Assembly (NCBI RefSeq): GCF_009914755.1
Contig: NC_060928.1
Strand: one strand, 5' to 3'
Origin: the human T2T-CHM13v2.0 reference genome, Homo sapiens
DNA: 64,000 bases
Shown: one piece after another, positions 24,407 to 38,555 of the stretch
How positions within the stretch are numbered: the stretch's first letter is position 1
Layout: every line of letters starts with the position of its first letter
The notes under the pieces: model-generated
Database searches by the model: none
What the model was told of the DNA's origin: nothing
Seen by the model: the letters and a program-made list of their open reading frames with translations, nothing else
Position numbers and translations under genes: made by a program

Positions 24407-24854
24407 CTAATTAAGGGCAAATTGAATTGCATATCATTGTGCATGCATATGCATTAAACATATTTGCAACTGGATAATCTTAGACATTAGAGAAGCACTG
24501 GTTTAAGGTAAATAATAATTCATTTTTAATAGGAAAGAACATTGGAGAATGTTAAGACAGCCTTAGCCACCAATGTGCCAGAAAAAAAAAAAAAGGAACA
24601 TACTCTGTTGGTTGAATGCATTAAATTTACTCAACTGTGAGGAGCTAATAGAGGAGCGAGGATAAACAAGGTATGGGATTCCAGAAGGTTGTCAAACTGG
24701 TACGAAAATTCAAGTTTCTTAATTTCTGGTCTAATACACACAGATGGGATAGAGATAGGAATAGGAAGGGGTTTATGGAGGGAAATAGGAGAATATGGAG
24801 GGGATAGGGAGAGGAATATGGAGGGGGACAGAAAAAGGGAGAGAGAGAGACATA

Positions 24855-24929
24855 CAGATTGCTTTTAGAAAATAAAGTTCTCCTTTTGACTCATTGGTCT
24901 TTGGTTAATAATGGAAACCTTCTCAGACT
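24855..24929 (+). repeat. Dispersed copy of 22370-22437 (LTR end plus flank)
   Basis: First 42 bp identical, then a 7-bp indel and 2 substitutions, then ggaaaccttctcagact identical. Confidence 0.95.
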
Positions 24930-26419
24930 ATATAATATAGAAAGGCCTATATTATATTATATCTCATATATAATATGTCTCTCTACTGAGATATCTCTGA
25001 GATTTGCTTCCTGAAAAAGCATAAATAGGGAGGAAAAATCAGCTCAAAATACCCTAAAGAAGGTGAATTTAAGCTAGGACTTTAGATTTATCTTGTAAAG
25101 ACTAAATATAAAATTCCAGGCATATAAAGAACCAAAAGTTCAGAAATATTTTAGAGTACACTGATGTAATTAAAATAAAAGTTTTAGAGAATTTATTTGA
25201 AAACAAGTTGCATAGGTAAGTTCAGGTTTTGAAAAGCAGGGCAAAGTGTTAGCATGTCCACTCTTAAAATCCAAAGCTTAGTTTTCACCAAAACTTGTAT
25301 TAGTATTTCAAAAGTTCTAAGCTTAATTGTGAAAGAAGCTGTTTGTAGTCACCTTTTAAATGTATGACTTCTAGAGTAGTAGTTTACTTAGTTACTTTCT
25401 CATTCTGTGTGTATTTGCATTAACAGTTTTCCGAATAGCATGGCCTGTATTTAGAAATGTTCTTAGATGTTACATCTTGCTATGTAGCTTCTTATGTATA
25501 AGCAGACAGAAGGTCCAAACAGAGAGGTTGGAGTGAAAAGTACAGGTGAGATAAATATTTAAGGGAACTGATGTTTTCTTATTCTGAAGTTCAAGAACAT
25601 TAAGATCATCTGAAAATGATGCATTTTTATTGAATGCTTAATTTAATTTTATGTCATTCTGTGTTCATAAATATGTGAATGATGATTAGAGATTTAGGGT
25701 TCTTTTATGCCTACATAGAAATAGCTCAATGTTTCTCAAAGTATAATTCTTAGATCAGTGACACTAAAATGTTCATATTCAAACTCCCTGGATTTACTTT
25801 AAGAGTATAGATGAGACATTCTTGAGGTGAGACTCAGAAATCAACTCTAACAGTTATAATCCTTCAGAATAAGGTCATAATACTAAACATAAATTGCTAT
25901 ATTGAGCAATGGCTAAACTTATCAAAGTCATGCTAGTATAATATGAAATATAATGTTAAAAAGACAAAATTCCAAATTGGAATTCAGTTTTTATACGTGA
26001 CAGCATTCTTTATATAAATCACTATTTCACATGATATTTTTAGTGCAAGTTTTCATTATGTAAAAAATTAAAAAAAGAAGCAATGACAATAAAATTAAAG
26101 ATTAGTATAGTCCCAATTAAAGAATTTGCTTATATTAATTTACATTTTGACCAAGTTTTTAAAAAGATTTTTAAAGCAACTATTTTAAATGAGAAATGTT
26201 TGGCTATGTTATCTTTACAAAAATAAGACAAAAATATAGAAATGTTTCATACTAAGAAGAAAAAGAAGTAAAATTTATGAGGGAAAGACAGAGACTAAGA
26301 TGTACCAAAATATGATGGCAAAAACTGACATTAGGCCTCTTATGAATCTATACAGCAAGCATGATTGATTGTCTCAATGAAATATAGATTATAATTCTTA
26401 GGGCCATGTGATAAGTTAG

Positions 26420-26770
26420 TGTACTAGTCAGTTTTCACACTGCTGATAATGACATAGCCGAGACTGAGCAATTTACAAAAGAAAGAGGTTTAACTGGACT
26501 CACAGTTCCACGTGGCCAGGGAGGCCTCACAATCATGGTGGAAGGCAAGGAAGAGAAAGTCACATCTTATGTGGATGGTGGCAGGCAAAGAGAGAGCTTG
26601 TGCAGGGAGACTCCCATTTTTCAAACCATCAGATCTCCTGAAACTTACTATCATGAGAACGGCACAGGAAAGACCTACCCCCATGATTGGATTACCTCCC
26701 ACTGGGTCCCTCCCATAACACATGGGAATTTAAGATGAGATTTGGGTGAGGACACAGCCAAATCATATCA
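26420..26770 (-). mobile_element. THE1 (THE1C-like) solo LTR
   Basis: tgtactagtcagttttcacactgctgata...gacacagccaaatcatatca; TSD gttag/gttaa. Confidence 0.92.
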
Positions 26771-28799
26771 GTTAATAATGGTCTACCTTTACATTACATT
26801 TGTAATATTTTTTACTTTATGAATTTGTAAATTTGATATTTTGTACTGGTTTAAATAAATATTTCAATGCACTCATCTTAAGATTAAAAAAAAACTTGGG
26901 CAATCTTATCTGAAACACAATAGCTCTAATATCCCATAAAAATTATTGTCACAGTTAATCATAAACTGCTATACATAGGGTAGATAAATAGACAGATGAT
27001 GGATAGATAGATGGATAAGCAGAATCACCACTGGTTTGGGCAGTTTTAAGAATGTGAAGACAACATCTGGCTTTGCTTCTCAGGCACCTTGAGAAGTTAG
27101 TACAATGTTCTAATATGTTAAATTAAAATGTGATGATTGAACATTATTCCAACACCCTAACTCCATTATATTTGCTCGAAGAAAACAAAAGGACATGGAG
27201 TATAAAGGTGAACAAAGCACAGTGAATGATGATATATGTTTTAGTTTAAGTGCAATTTATGCATTTCAGCACAAATCCCCTTGGTGAAAGCCATTTTCAG
27301 AAACAAACTTTAGGATATGCTGCTTCAAAACTGCTGTGTTTAGCTGATAGTCCATAAATCCTCTGTTGGAGATATTATGGTCTACAGTGGATTCTAGTTA
27401 ATTGGCACATCTCAGTGGAAATTGAAATATGCCATTTAGACAATGATTGTCTCATTTAAATACATAATTGCTCTTATGAACTATCAGATACATTTGAAAT
27501 TAGAAAGGATTTTTGAAATGCAAAACATTGACCAAATTGTATATGTACATAATTAAGACAAATTAGAAATGCAGATGTTAAGCGTGATACAAAACATTAT
27601 CATCAAGACATATTCCCATTTTTTCTGTTCAGCAGTTTAATGAGTATTACAATCCATCTGGTCAACACAAACCCAAAATATACCTAATAACCAGAGTTAA
27701 AAATAAATTTTAAGTCTTTATCATTAATACCACTCTGTACTAGTAGTATTTTAGAAATCCACCAAGGCCAAAAATGGCACAAATTTGCTGCTTTTTATAG
27801 CTAAATGTTATAAATGAAAGCATCAATTTAGAGTAAATTAATTTCTCATGGAAAAACAAAATAATTTTTTAAATTTCCAAAAATTTTATACTTGAATACT
27901 AGTCAATAGGGTGTTTCTCGAGTATGTACTAAGATGATTATTATGACAAATCTATATCATGCAAAAGTCTATTTGCTATAAGAAATATTTATAATGGAGG
28001 ACATCAAGGAATTCACAACAGATGAAATACTAAGAGTTTTCTCTGTTTCTGAGGTATTAATAATGCTTTACCAAGAATTTTGCCCTTAATTCACCCCAAA
28101 ACTTAAAATTTATATTTTTGGCAATTTATGTAATCATAGAATATCTGAAGTGTTACAAATGTGAAAGGTCAATGTCTTGGTGTTTTTCAATGAAAATAAT
28201 TTCTAAGTATTAATAAATTATATATTTTTTGCAATTGCTTAGAAATATAATGAGTGCATGGATACATATATGAAATGGAAAAATAAATTTTATTTTGTGC
28301 AGTTACAGCTAAGCTATCTTATTAATACAGCATAAATCAGTAACAGTTATAACATTACAAATGTTTAAGTCTAGAAATAATCAAAAAGATTTAAATAATC
28401 ATTACAGCCAAATAGAGGATCCATTCACTGGCATTTTCCTTTGCATAATTAATGGCCCCGTTGTTTAAACGCTTTCTTTTTTAGTTAACATTATCCAATA
28501 CTTAAAGTATTTAAAATATTTCAATTGCTGTATTGTATCAAAAATCTATATAATCAATCACATATCCTTGAACACTTTTTAAAAAATCTTATTTAGCATT
28601 TCACAAAGCACTTTGTTGAGCCCCCTAGCAGATTATTTCTTCGGAAAAAAGTCAAAGTCTTAAAATATAAAATTAATTTATCAAATTATATTTAAATTTA
28701 ATAATTTTTATATATATATTTACAGAAACATTTTAAAATATCGATTTATAATCTCAGAAAACATGAATGAATATTCCTGTTTTTCTATTCCCTGGTAAT

Positions 28800-29391
28800 T
28801 GTAGTCGGCAAATTCTGGAGTGACCAGAGTAATCCTGCCCCCTGGCGTATAACTCTTGTATAGCCCCTGCACCTGAGCACCAATATAACCTATGGATATG
28901 ACGGGGTAGTGGCTCCCTTAATCAGGTTATGCTATGTGACAAATGGTGATGGAATAGTCCGTCCTGTGATTGCATTATGTTATAGAAGTCTCTGTTATAG
29001 TTGACTGGAGGGAAAGAAGAAATCAGAGGGAAGAGGTCCTGATGGCACGGAAAAAAGCAAATAGCCATGTTGTAAACTGCCCACAGGAGGCACATGACAA
29101 GGAACTGAGGGCAGCCGCTGGGAGATGAAAGTGGTCCCCAACGGACAGCTAACTTGAACACAGAAACCTTAGTCCTACAGCTGCAAGAAAATAAACTCTT
29201 ACAAAAATCGCATGAGGAATACAGGCAGGCCAGCCAGCTCCTTCAGTTCATTTTTTTGAGACCGCAAGCAGAAACCTCCAAGCAGAGAACACAGTGAGTC
29301 CTGACTCACAGAAACTTTGAAATAATAAATTCTGTTGTTTTATGCTGCTATGTTTGTGGCAATGTTTTATGCAACAATAGATAACGAATAT
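28800..29391 (+). mobile_element. MLT1 (E/F-like) solo LTR
   Basis: tgtagtcggcaaattct...ggaactgagggcagcc...gcaacaatagataacgaata. Confidence 0.8.
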
Positions 29392-29500
29392 AATTGTTAT
29401 ATATTGTCATTTAAAAATTACTATCAAATAAATAAAAATAGTTTAATTTTTAATTATTTGAATTCTTATGACTTTAATACTTCGTATTTTGGGGAATAAA

Positions 29501-29820
<320 letters not shown>

Positions 29821-30989
29821 TAGACATTTTTTTAGTCTACTCTCAGCTTACTTTTACCATTCAGTGATTTTTTTCTTTTGGAATATATTAAAATGCTCTT
29901 TATGCTTCTCATATAAATAGTAAATCTTTTTCCCAAGTCCTTTTAAAAATTTTCTTTTTAAATGTGTTTGTGGAGAGTTTTATATAAAGTTTTTATTTTG
30001 AACTTTACAGTTCCACATTCTGATTTATTTTCTTTTGCTTTGATGCTTAGAAAGCCCTCTCAATTTGGAGCTATATTTGCATTGGTTTGCTAGTAGATCA
30101 CTGATATTTTATTATTGAAGGTCACATTACTCAGTTGAATCTGAACAACTGAAGTGCATATTTTTCAACCACAACATTTTCAGATTTAAATTCATCATGC
30201 CTCATATTCCTACTTTCTTCTTTTTAGTGTCCAAATGAATATTCTTTTATTACACGTCCTGGAAGGACCATCCTATTGTCTTCTACCTTCCCTTCTAAAC
30301 TCAGTCACGGTGTTTTATCAAACTCTTGTTTCATGATATAGAAATTCCCTGCATGCTCCACCTTTTGGTCATTTTGCTTTTTTAGAAATCTGGCTGGATT
30401 TGATGACGCAAATCTAAAACTACCTCCATGAAATAAACGTTCATTATTTTCTCACTTCCCGAGGAACTCAGGGTTTCTTTCTCTACAAGAAATCTTCCAG
30501 AGAAGTACTTGATCACATTCTCAGAAAAACTGCTGCTCCTTTCAGCCTAATGTCAATCTTCCTTATTGTCATCACTGTTATTCATCTACCTCCTAGTCTC
30601 TTGTGCGTAGTTGAGTTTTAACACCAGGCTCCATTTCTTGCTTCCCATAATGCCTTGTTACTATTGGGTCCTTTGGACATAGATGTGGATGGCTGATCCA
30701 ATAACCTAGGCCATTTTTTTTTTCAGTTCTTTATATGTAATGAACTTCTCTTTCAATCTCTTCTAATTACTGGTGTCAGGTTGACTGCAGAAATTTATTG
30801 CATTAAAATATCACCATTTCGACTACATTGTCCTCATTATGTGTATTCAAGTATCTGTTCTTCAACTTTATGTTGATGAAAAGTACATCAATCCCTCTAA
30901 CTAAATATTGTGAGCAATTTTACTTTCATTTTTCTTTTTATTCCACTAAAATTACAAGTTTAGTCATTTAATAACACTTATAAATGTTA

Positions 30990-31485
30990 CTTTTACTTTC
31001 TATGGCTATATAACAACCATACACTTATGGGCCTGAAAAGGAAATTGTTAAATCCTTATGTTAACAAGTCAGGAAACCAGGAATAGTTTACCTAGCTCCT
31101 CTGCTTATCTCTCACAAAGCGGCAGTTGAAATATTCATCACTTCTCTGATCTCATTTGAAGCTCAGGGTCCTCTCCCAAGCTCATGTTATTACTAGCAGA
31201 ATTCACTCCTTGTACCTATGGCGCTCATAATAGTGTGCTTTTTCAAGAAGAACAGGAAAGCATCCCTGAATTTGGAAAGGTGTAAGCCCTTTTATAGGCC
31301 CTTTTATAGGGACCAACAGAGTAGGCAAGACTTATTCAGGTTAATCTACTGTTAACTCTGTCGAACTGATTAAAGACTTAATCACAACTGAACATCACCT
31401 TAAAAGTTGTCATAGAATGGAACTTAATCGCAGATATATCAACAGTGGGAGTCTTAGGGGTCATCTTGGAATATTACCCAACACA
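30990..31485 (-). mobile_element. MLT1-family LTR remnant
   Basis: ctcatttgaagctcagggtcctctcccaagctcatg...gggagtcttaggggtcatcttggaatattacccaacaca. Confidence 0.65.
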
Positions 31486-32599
31486 AATGCCATATATTTT
31501 GTTGACCCTCTATCCTTTCAATGTCACCTCCTTAGCAAAAACAAAAAACAAAAAACAAACAAAAAAAACCCACTAAACTGAAACATCTGCCTTCTTCAGC
31601 TAGAAGCACACTACTAGGTTAAGTACATGGCCAAATAATTTTAGGCATCTTGAACCCAGACATCTCTTTTGCGTCATTTATGCAACTGCCTTTACATACA
31701 ATTCTTAAACATGTCAGTGACCCTTTAAATTCAATATGCATACACTTTATTCATGTTCACTCCTCTAAAAGCTGATCCAACTCTTGCGCTTTCTCACTTA
31801 GTAAAGGGCATTGCTAGAAATCCAGGTGGTAAGCCAGAAATCTGGCAGTCAATTCTGAAATCTCATAGTCTCTAAGCTTCATATCTCAATCATTAATGTC
31901 TAACAATATATGTTAAACCCATCTGTCCTGTGTTGGAACTCTTATACTGGGCTACTGTGTGAGCAAGAGATAAACTTTTGATGTGTCAAGCATGGAAATC
32001 TGGGGCTGTTTCTACAGCAGTTAGCATACTATGGGGAATGCCGGTACAGGTCCTTTGAAGTAGGATTCTACAATAATAAAAAAAATTAAGTTGTATGACA
32101 TTGGCTTACTGAGCAAGTGGTAGTTTGGCAAAACTAACATAGGAAGTAATGAATTGGTTGCTTATTAAATAACTTCAAAAGCAGAAAGCATCCTTATGGA
32201 CCCTTGGGCTCCAAAAGAAGAGATTCAAAAAGAAAATCATGGAAGTATGTCTTTGGTCATTACTGGTTATATTTAATAAGGTATCAGAAAAAAAATATGA
32301 GTTCAAGAAAGGAGTGTATCATTAGGAAACAGAAAGAAAAGAGTAGAGGTATATCAATACAGAAGTTTGGAGATTTGAAAAAAAAAACTTATGCTTCTAA
32401 GTTCCAAATAATAAAAAAAGAATTAAAAATCTTTTGAGAACAAAGACTCATTTTGCTGGCAGAGATGAAATTAAGCTTGTAGCTTCTCTACCCAAGCAAT
32501 GTCATTAAACTGAGAGAGGGAGATATTGGAGTAGGAAAGAATAATAATCGGTATTGAGAATTATATTTAGCTATGAGTTTGGTATGATAATTCATATAT

Positions 32600-33428
32600 T
32601 AGACTCAAATGGATCAGAAACACTCATATGTAGATTCCCTGACCTCAAGAAAGTGGAGCATAACTCTCCACTCTCTCACTGCTATGAGATGCTCAGTGAT
32701 TTTCTTCCAAAGCATACAATATATATGAAAGAGGAGTGAGAGAAAGGTAAGTTTACAGTAATGAGACCTGACAAACACTACCTCAGCAGTCATTTGATCA
32801 AGGCCAACATCAACATCAAGTCATGTTGATTGCATGTTTCTGCTCTTGATACATTGTGATGAAAATGACATTTAACCTTTGTGATCTTTCTCCTAAAGAT
32901 CCATAAACTCAGTTCAATTATGAGAAAACACATCAGTCAAACCCCATTTGGGAAGTATACTACAAAACACCTGACCAGAATTCCTCAAAACAGTCAAGAT
33001 CATCAAAAGCAAAGAAAGTCTGAAAGACTGCCAGAACTAAGGGAAGACGAATGCCACATAAAAACTAAATGTAATGTGTTATCCTAGACAGAATCCTGGA
33101 ACAAAAAAAGAACAGATTAAAACTAAGGTAATGTGTGTGAAGTATGGGCTTTAGTTAGTAATAATTTATCAATATGGCTCATTAACTGCAAAAAATATAC
33201 TATACGGATGTAAGATGTTAATAATTGAGGAAACTGAGTGAGAAGTATATAGAAATTATCTCTTCTATATTCACAGATTTCCTTTACATATAAAATTGAT
33301 GTAAAATAATAACATTTTCTTATAAGGAAATCCTTGGGGTTATGACACTTTTCTGTATCTTGCTGCAGTAATGATTATACCAATTTATGTATGTGACAAA
33401 ATCTCATAGCACTAAATACAAACATACC

Positions 33429-33463
<35 letters not shown>

Positions 33464-33680
33464 AAAACGTGTATCAGTTCACGTAACTAAGTCAAAAATT
33501 AGCATAAGATTGGTGATTTTCATCAATGTCAATATATTATTTATGAGATTTACTAGAATTATGTAAGATGTTAACATTGGTGGAGGTTGGGAAAAGAGTA
33601 TATGGGATATATCTATGTTATTTCTTACAACTTTATGTAAATTTACAAGTATCTCAAAATGAGATAGTTTAATTAAATAA
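32600..33680 (+). mobile_element. L1MC/L1MD 3'UTR remnants, including a (CA)n tract at ~33432-33461
   Basis: aaagtggagcataactctccact, gagacctgacaaacactacctcagc, gtaagatgttaataattgaggaaactg. Confidence 0.75.
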
Positions 33681-33699
33681 ATTATTTGGAAGCACAGAG

Positions 33700-35020
33700 C
33701 TCATGAGATAGCCAAAACAATTTTGAAAGAGAAGAATAAAGTAATATGACTTGTCCTCTCTGATATCAATGCTTACTGTAAATCGAGACACTTGAATAAT
33801 TGCATAAGAAGAAATACATATTAATTAGAATAGAGTGTCCCAAAATAGATCCACATGTACATGTTAATTTGATTTTGGTTAAAGTTATTTAGGTAGTTCA
33901 ATGGTAGATATAGTCTTTCCAGAAAAAAGTTGGAAAAATTTGATATTCTTATGAAAAGAGATAGTAAAAGACGGAGATAGAGAGAAAGAGAATGAAAGGC
34001 AAGAAAGTGCATCAACCCTTACCTTATATAAAGCTAAACTTGAGATAGATCATAGACCTAAAAGTAAGACCAAAAATAATAAAACCTCTAGACAACAATA
34101 TAGTTTAAAATTAAATATAGATTCATTTCATAGGACACATTAAGCCCAAAACATCAATGAGTAAGTTAATAAATTAAACTTCATCAAAATTTTTAAAATT
34201 CTTCTTTTCAAATGTTCCATTCAGAAAATAAAAACACAAGCCATAGACTGCGTTTGCAAGCTTCATTCCTGATAAAGGACTGCTAATCAGAATTCAGTCA
34301 AAAAAACAAATAACCCAATAATAAAATTGACAAAAGATTTAAACAGACATTTCACTAACTAACATGCCCATAATGAATACAAGAAAGATGAAAATCTCTT
34401 TCACTAACCTTGAGTCACTAATGAGGAACCCTCATTAGTCATGGGTGAAATGTAAATTAAAATCATAATGTAGTACCACTGCACACATATTACAATGGCT
34501 AAAATCATCAACACTGACAATACCAAGTGTAGATGAGCATCTAGAACACTCATGTTGTCACAGGGAATGCAAAATACAGCAGCTAGTTTAGAAAACAGTT
34601 TTGAAGTTCCTATAAAGTTAAGCAACATTTACATATCCTAACAATACCACTGCTTGGTATTTACCTGAAAGAAATAAAAGCATGTGTGCATTCATTACCT
34701 TTCATTAAAGGTGTGTTCATAATTACCAGAAACCACAAATATTCCTTATGTCCATCAACTGGTAAATTGACAAACTGTTGCACCAGTACAATAGAATGAT
34801 ACTCAAAAGAAGAAACAAACTACTGATAGATGCAAGAACAGGGTGAATCTCAAAAGTAGTGTAAAAACTGAAAGAAGAGAAATACAAAACAATAATTACT
34901 CATTTGTTCTATTCATTGGACATTTTGGAAAAAAATATCACACAGGCAGAATGTATACCAATGGCTGTCATGGTCTGGGGGTGAGGGGAATGGGTTTACT
35001 GCAAAGAAACACAAGCAAAA
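33700..35020 (+). mobile_element. Ancient L1M ORF2/3'UTR remnant
   Basis: atagccaaaacaattttgaaagagaagaataaag, aaatagatccacatgtacat, aaacttcatcaaaatt, aacagacatttcac. Confidence 0.8.
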
Positions 35021-35328
35021 AAGACAGTCGTGGTCTATCAATAAGTCACCAAATGATAATGCCTTAAGCCCTTTTCTCTAAGTTTCAAAATCCCTATGAA
35101 ACATAACTCTATTTTTTTCCTTTCAAATACTGATATCTGTAGATGTGAGATGATTTTTGCAGATACGATAATACTGGGGAAAAAACTGCCATGTTTTTCC
35201 ATTATGTAGAACTTATCACTAACGTTGGTAAGCTGTGGGGTTTCTTTTTTTTTTTTTTTTTCCTAATATCTGCTGTGTCTTTAATTCAGGTAGTTCTTCT
35301 ATAAAATAAAGTTTCTTACAAACATAAG

Positions 35329-35697
35329 TGGTATGGTACGGTTCTGTGTCCCCATCTAAATCTCATCTTGAATTGTAATCCAAATTGTCATCCCCATATG
35401 TTAGGAGAGGGACCTTGTAGGAGATGATTAAATCATGCAGGTGGTTCGCCTATGCTGTTGTCGTGACAGTGAGTGAGTTCTCACGAGATATGATGGTTTT
35501 AAAAGGGGCATTTCTCCCTTTTGCTCTACACTTCTTTCAGCATATGAAGGATGTGTTTGCTTCCCTTTCCGCCACAGTTATAAGTTTCCTGAGGCCTCCC
35601 CAGGCCTGCAGAACTGTGAGTCAATTAAATCTCTTTCCTTTATAAACTACCCAGTCATGGGTATGTCTTTATTGCAGCATGAAAACAGAATAATACA
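35329..35697 (+). mobile_element. THE1 (THE1D-like) solo LTR
   Basis: TG...CA ends; perfect 5-bp TSD ATAAG (35324-35328 / 35698-35702). Confidence 0.92.
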
Positions 35698-35946
35698 ATA
35701 AGCATGTTAAAATATTTGTTTCTTTGGTCCCTGAGTTTTCTTTATAAATGGAGTTCCAACAAGATGTCTCAGGTAGATTCATTCCCATGATCTGACTAAA
35801 TTGTATTTTCCAGAAAGTCACTGACATATCTGATGAATCCAGGCCTTCCAAGTTATATGAGCCAATAATGTACCATTGTTGTATAGACTCAAATGACTTA
35901 TGTTTTCAGTCACTTTCCACTGAAATAGTCCTAACTGACATACCAA

Positions 35947-36812
35947 TGTATTAGAACAGGTTCTCCACAGAAACAGAATGAATAGGATGTATACAGATAA
36001 ATAGAAATATTTATTATGAGGAATTGATTCAAATTATTATGAATTCTGAAAAGTTCCATAATCTGGTATCTGAGAGTTGAAGGCCCAGGAAAGCCTGTGG
36101 TGTAGTTCCAGTTCCATATATACTTGGTAGGCTACTTGGTAGACTGAGGCAGGAGGATCATTTGAGCCCAGGGCTTGAAATCTAGCTTGGACAACATAGT
36201 GAGACCCTGTCTCCAAACAAACAAACAAACACAAACTGTAGGTACTAAAGGGAGACAATGATGTAAGTCCCAGTCTGAGTCCAAAAACCACATAACCAGG
36301 GGCTCTGATATCTGAGAGCAGGAAATGAGTGTTCCAGTTCAAGTAGAGAATAAATTGAAGATTTCTCCACCTTTTTGTTTTATTCAGGCCTTAACTATCT
36401 GTCTAAGAAAAATATATAAATATAATTATAAAATTATAAAAATGTGTATGTAGGTATATATGTATGTATGTATAAATTAATCAGAATAAAATGTCCAGAA
36501 ATAGATCCACATATACATGGTAATTTGGTTTTGGCTAAAGTTTGTCTAGGGAGTTCAATGAGAGATGGTCTTTTCAAGTAAAGGTCAGAAAAATTGGATA
36601 CTATTATGTAAAGTAATAGAAAAAGAGGGAGACACAGAAAGAACAAATAGGATGGTATTCACCTACATTGATGAGGGTCATCTTTACTTAGTGTACCAAT
36701 TCAAATGCTCATCTCTTCCTCAATCACTCACAGGAGCACCCAGAAATAATGTTTGACCAGCTATCTGGACATACCTTAGCCCAGGCATGTTGGCACATAA
36801 AATTAAGCATCA
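35947..36812 (-). mobile_element. MLT2-family LTR interrupted by an Alu monomer fragment (~36120-36235) and a ~250-bp insert (~36400-36648)
   Basis: tgtattag...ttctccacagaaacagaa start; cccagaaataatgtttgaccagctatctgg...cataaaattaagcatca end. Confidence 0.8.
36120..36235 (+). mobile_element. Alu monomer (FLAM/AluJ-like) fragment
   Basis: ctgaggcaggaggatcatttgagcccagg...aacatagtgagaccctgtctc followed by (CAAA)n. Confidence 0.85.
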
Positions 36813-37724
36813 TGTATTTTGCATCTTCAATGAGGTTTTTCTGGGTATGTAAAAAAATGTTGTTAAAGTTATTTGAAAGAATAGGTGTAGTTTCCTAAAA
36901 TTTAAATTTATAAAGTCATTTGTAACCATAAAATATGTTGGTGCTTTTCACTCCAATTACTGTTTTAGAATGAGGAATTTAAAACAAGCTCTCTGGAATA
37001 AATTACTATCCTAAAAATGGTAGCTTTTCCCCATTAATCTAATCATTGATTGTTAGAATGAAGCAAGGAGAAAAGTGCTTCAGCTCATAGATTTGAAGTT
37101 GTGTCACTTCAAGCGTTGTCCAATTATAAAACACTACGAAATTTCTTTGTCTTTTCCCCATTGGAAAATTGTGGATTTATTTCACTTTTCTCTTCTTATA
37201 AACTACATTCAGATCTCTGAGGTTATTTCTAAATTAGCAAAAGTTTATATAAATAGTTTGGTCACATTTGCAGAATAGATGAAACCTTGCTTAAACAATC
37301 CTTTACGCCCTTAAATTAGATTTTTTAAATGAATCTGGTAGGTGGAAGAATTGGTGCCTTTGTTTTAGCTCCAGAAGTGAAAGCTGATTTCCTGCAATCC
37401 AACTAAGTATGTAATAGAAGTAAAAAATTTTAAATAGCTTATGAGGTCAAAATAGTCTATTAATGAGATCTGTCATGTTAAGGTTTACCAAAATTACTAA
37501 GTCAAGGATTTATTTAAGACAGTCAAGAATAAATATCAGAAGAATTATAGTCTATTCTACTCTTTGACTCTTAGAAAATTTCTAATTTTATCATAATATA
37601 AGGAATAGCTTATCATTATTTGTCTTTGTCACTACATTTTTATTAGATTTAGCCATAAGTTAAATTTTAAACTATATTTTAATACAATCAGAACATTTCA
37701 TTAGTAACTGACAATTGTATTTTC

Positions 37725-38555
37725 TAATCTAGTTGTTCAAGATAGAAAACCTGTAATCACCTTTGATACCTCTGTTTTTCTCAGTCTCCATGTTCAATGC
37801 CTAGTTCCTATTGGCTCTTTTCAAAATTTATTCAGAATACAGTTATTTCTCTCTGCTTCTAACACTACCACCATGTCACCAACCACTATCATATAGACTT
37901 CAAGATGATATTTCTGCTTCCAAATTTTTCTGTCACAGACTATTCCCCACAGGAGAGGTGGAGTAATCCTTTTAAAATACAAGGAAGGTCATAATGGATT
38001 TTCTGTTCAATGGCTTTGTATCTCATAATCAAAGCCAAAAGTCCTACAGTGTCTAAAATTTCCTATGTGATTGGCACTCTTATTATATCTTGGTCTTCGT
38101 CTCTGTTAATCTCACCCTCCCTCATTCTTTTCCAGACATTCAATCTTTTCCTGTATCTGAAACATTCCAGGAGTTTTGATTATCTCAAGTTTTTTTAATC
38201 TAACCTGTTTGTTTTTTTTCAAACAGATATACACACAGTTTGCTCCCTGACAACATCCAAGTCATTGCCTTTATGTCATCTTCTCCACAAAGCATAATAC
38301 TCTAGTTAAGATTTAAGCCCCTCTCTGCTAAGAAGCCAGTAAACCAGTAAACCCTATACCTTTGTAACTTATTTGCTTGCCATAGTACTTGTTATCTAAA
38401 ATACTACATGTCTTACTTATTTATTTATTAACTCTCTTCTCAACTTGTATCTCTTCTTCAAGATGTCAGTATTTCATGTGTGTTTTGTTTACTGTATCCC
38501 AGCATGTGGAACAGTGCCTGCTACATAATAGATGTCTATTTGATATTTTTGAATT
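37725..38555 (+). mobile_element. L2 remnant
   Basis: ctagttgttcaagatagaaaacctg...tttactgtatcccagcatgtggaacagtgcctgctacataatagatg. Confidence 0.7.
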
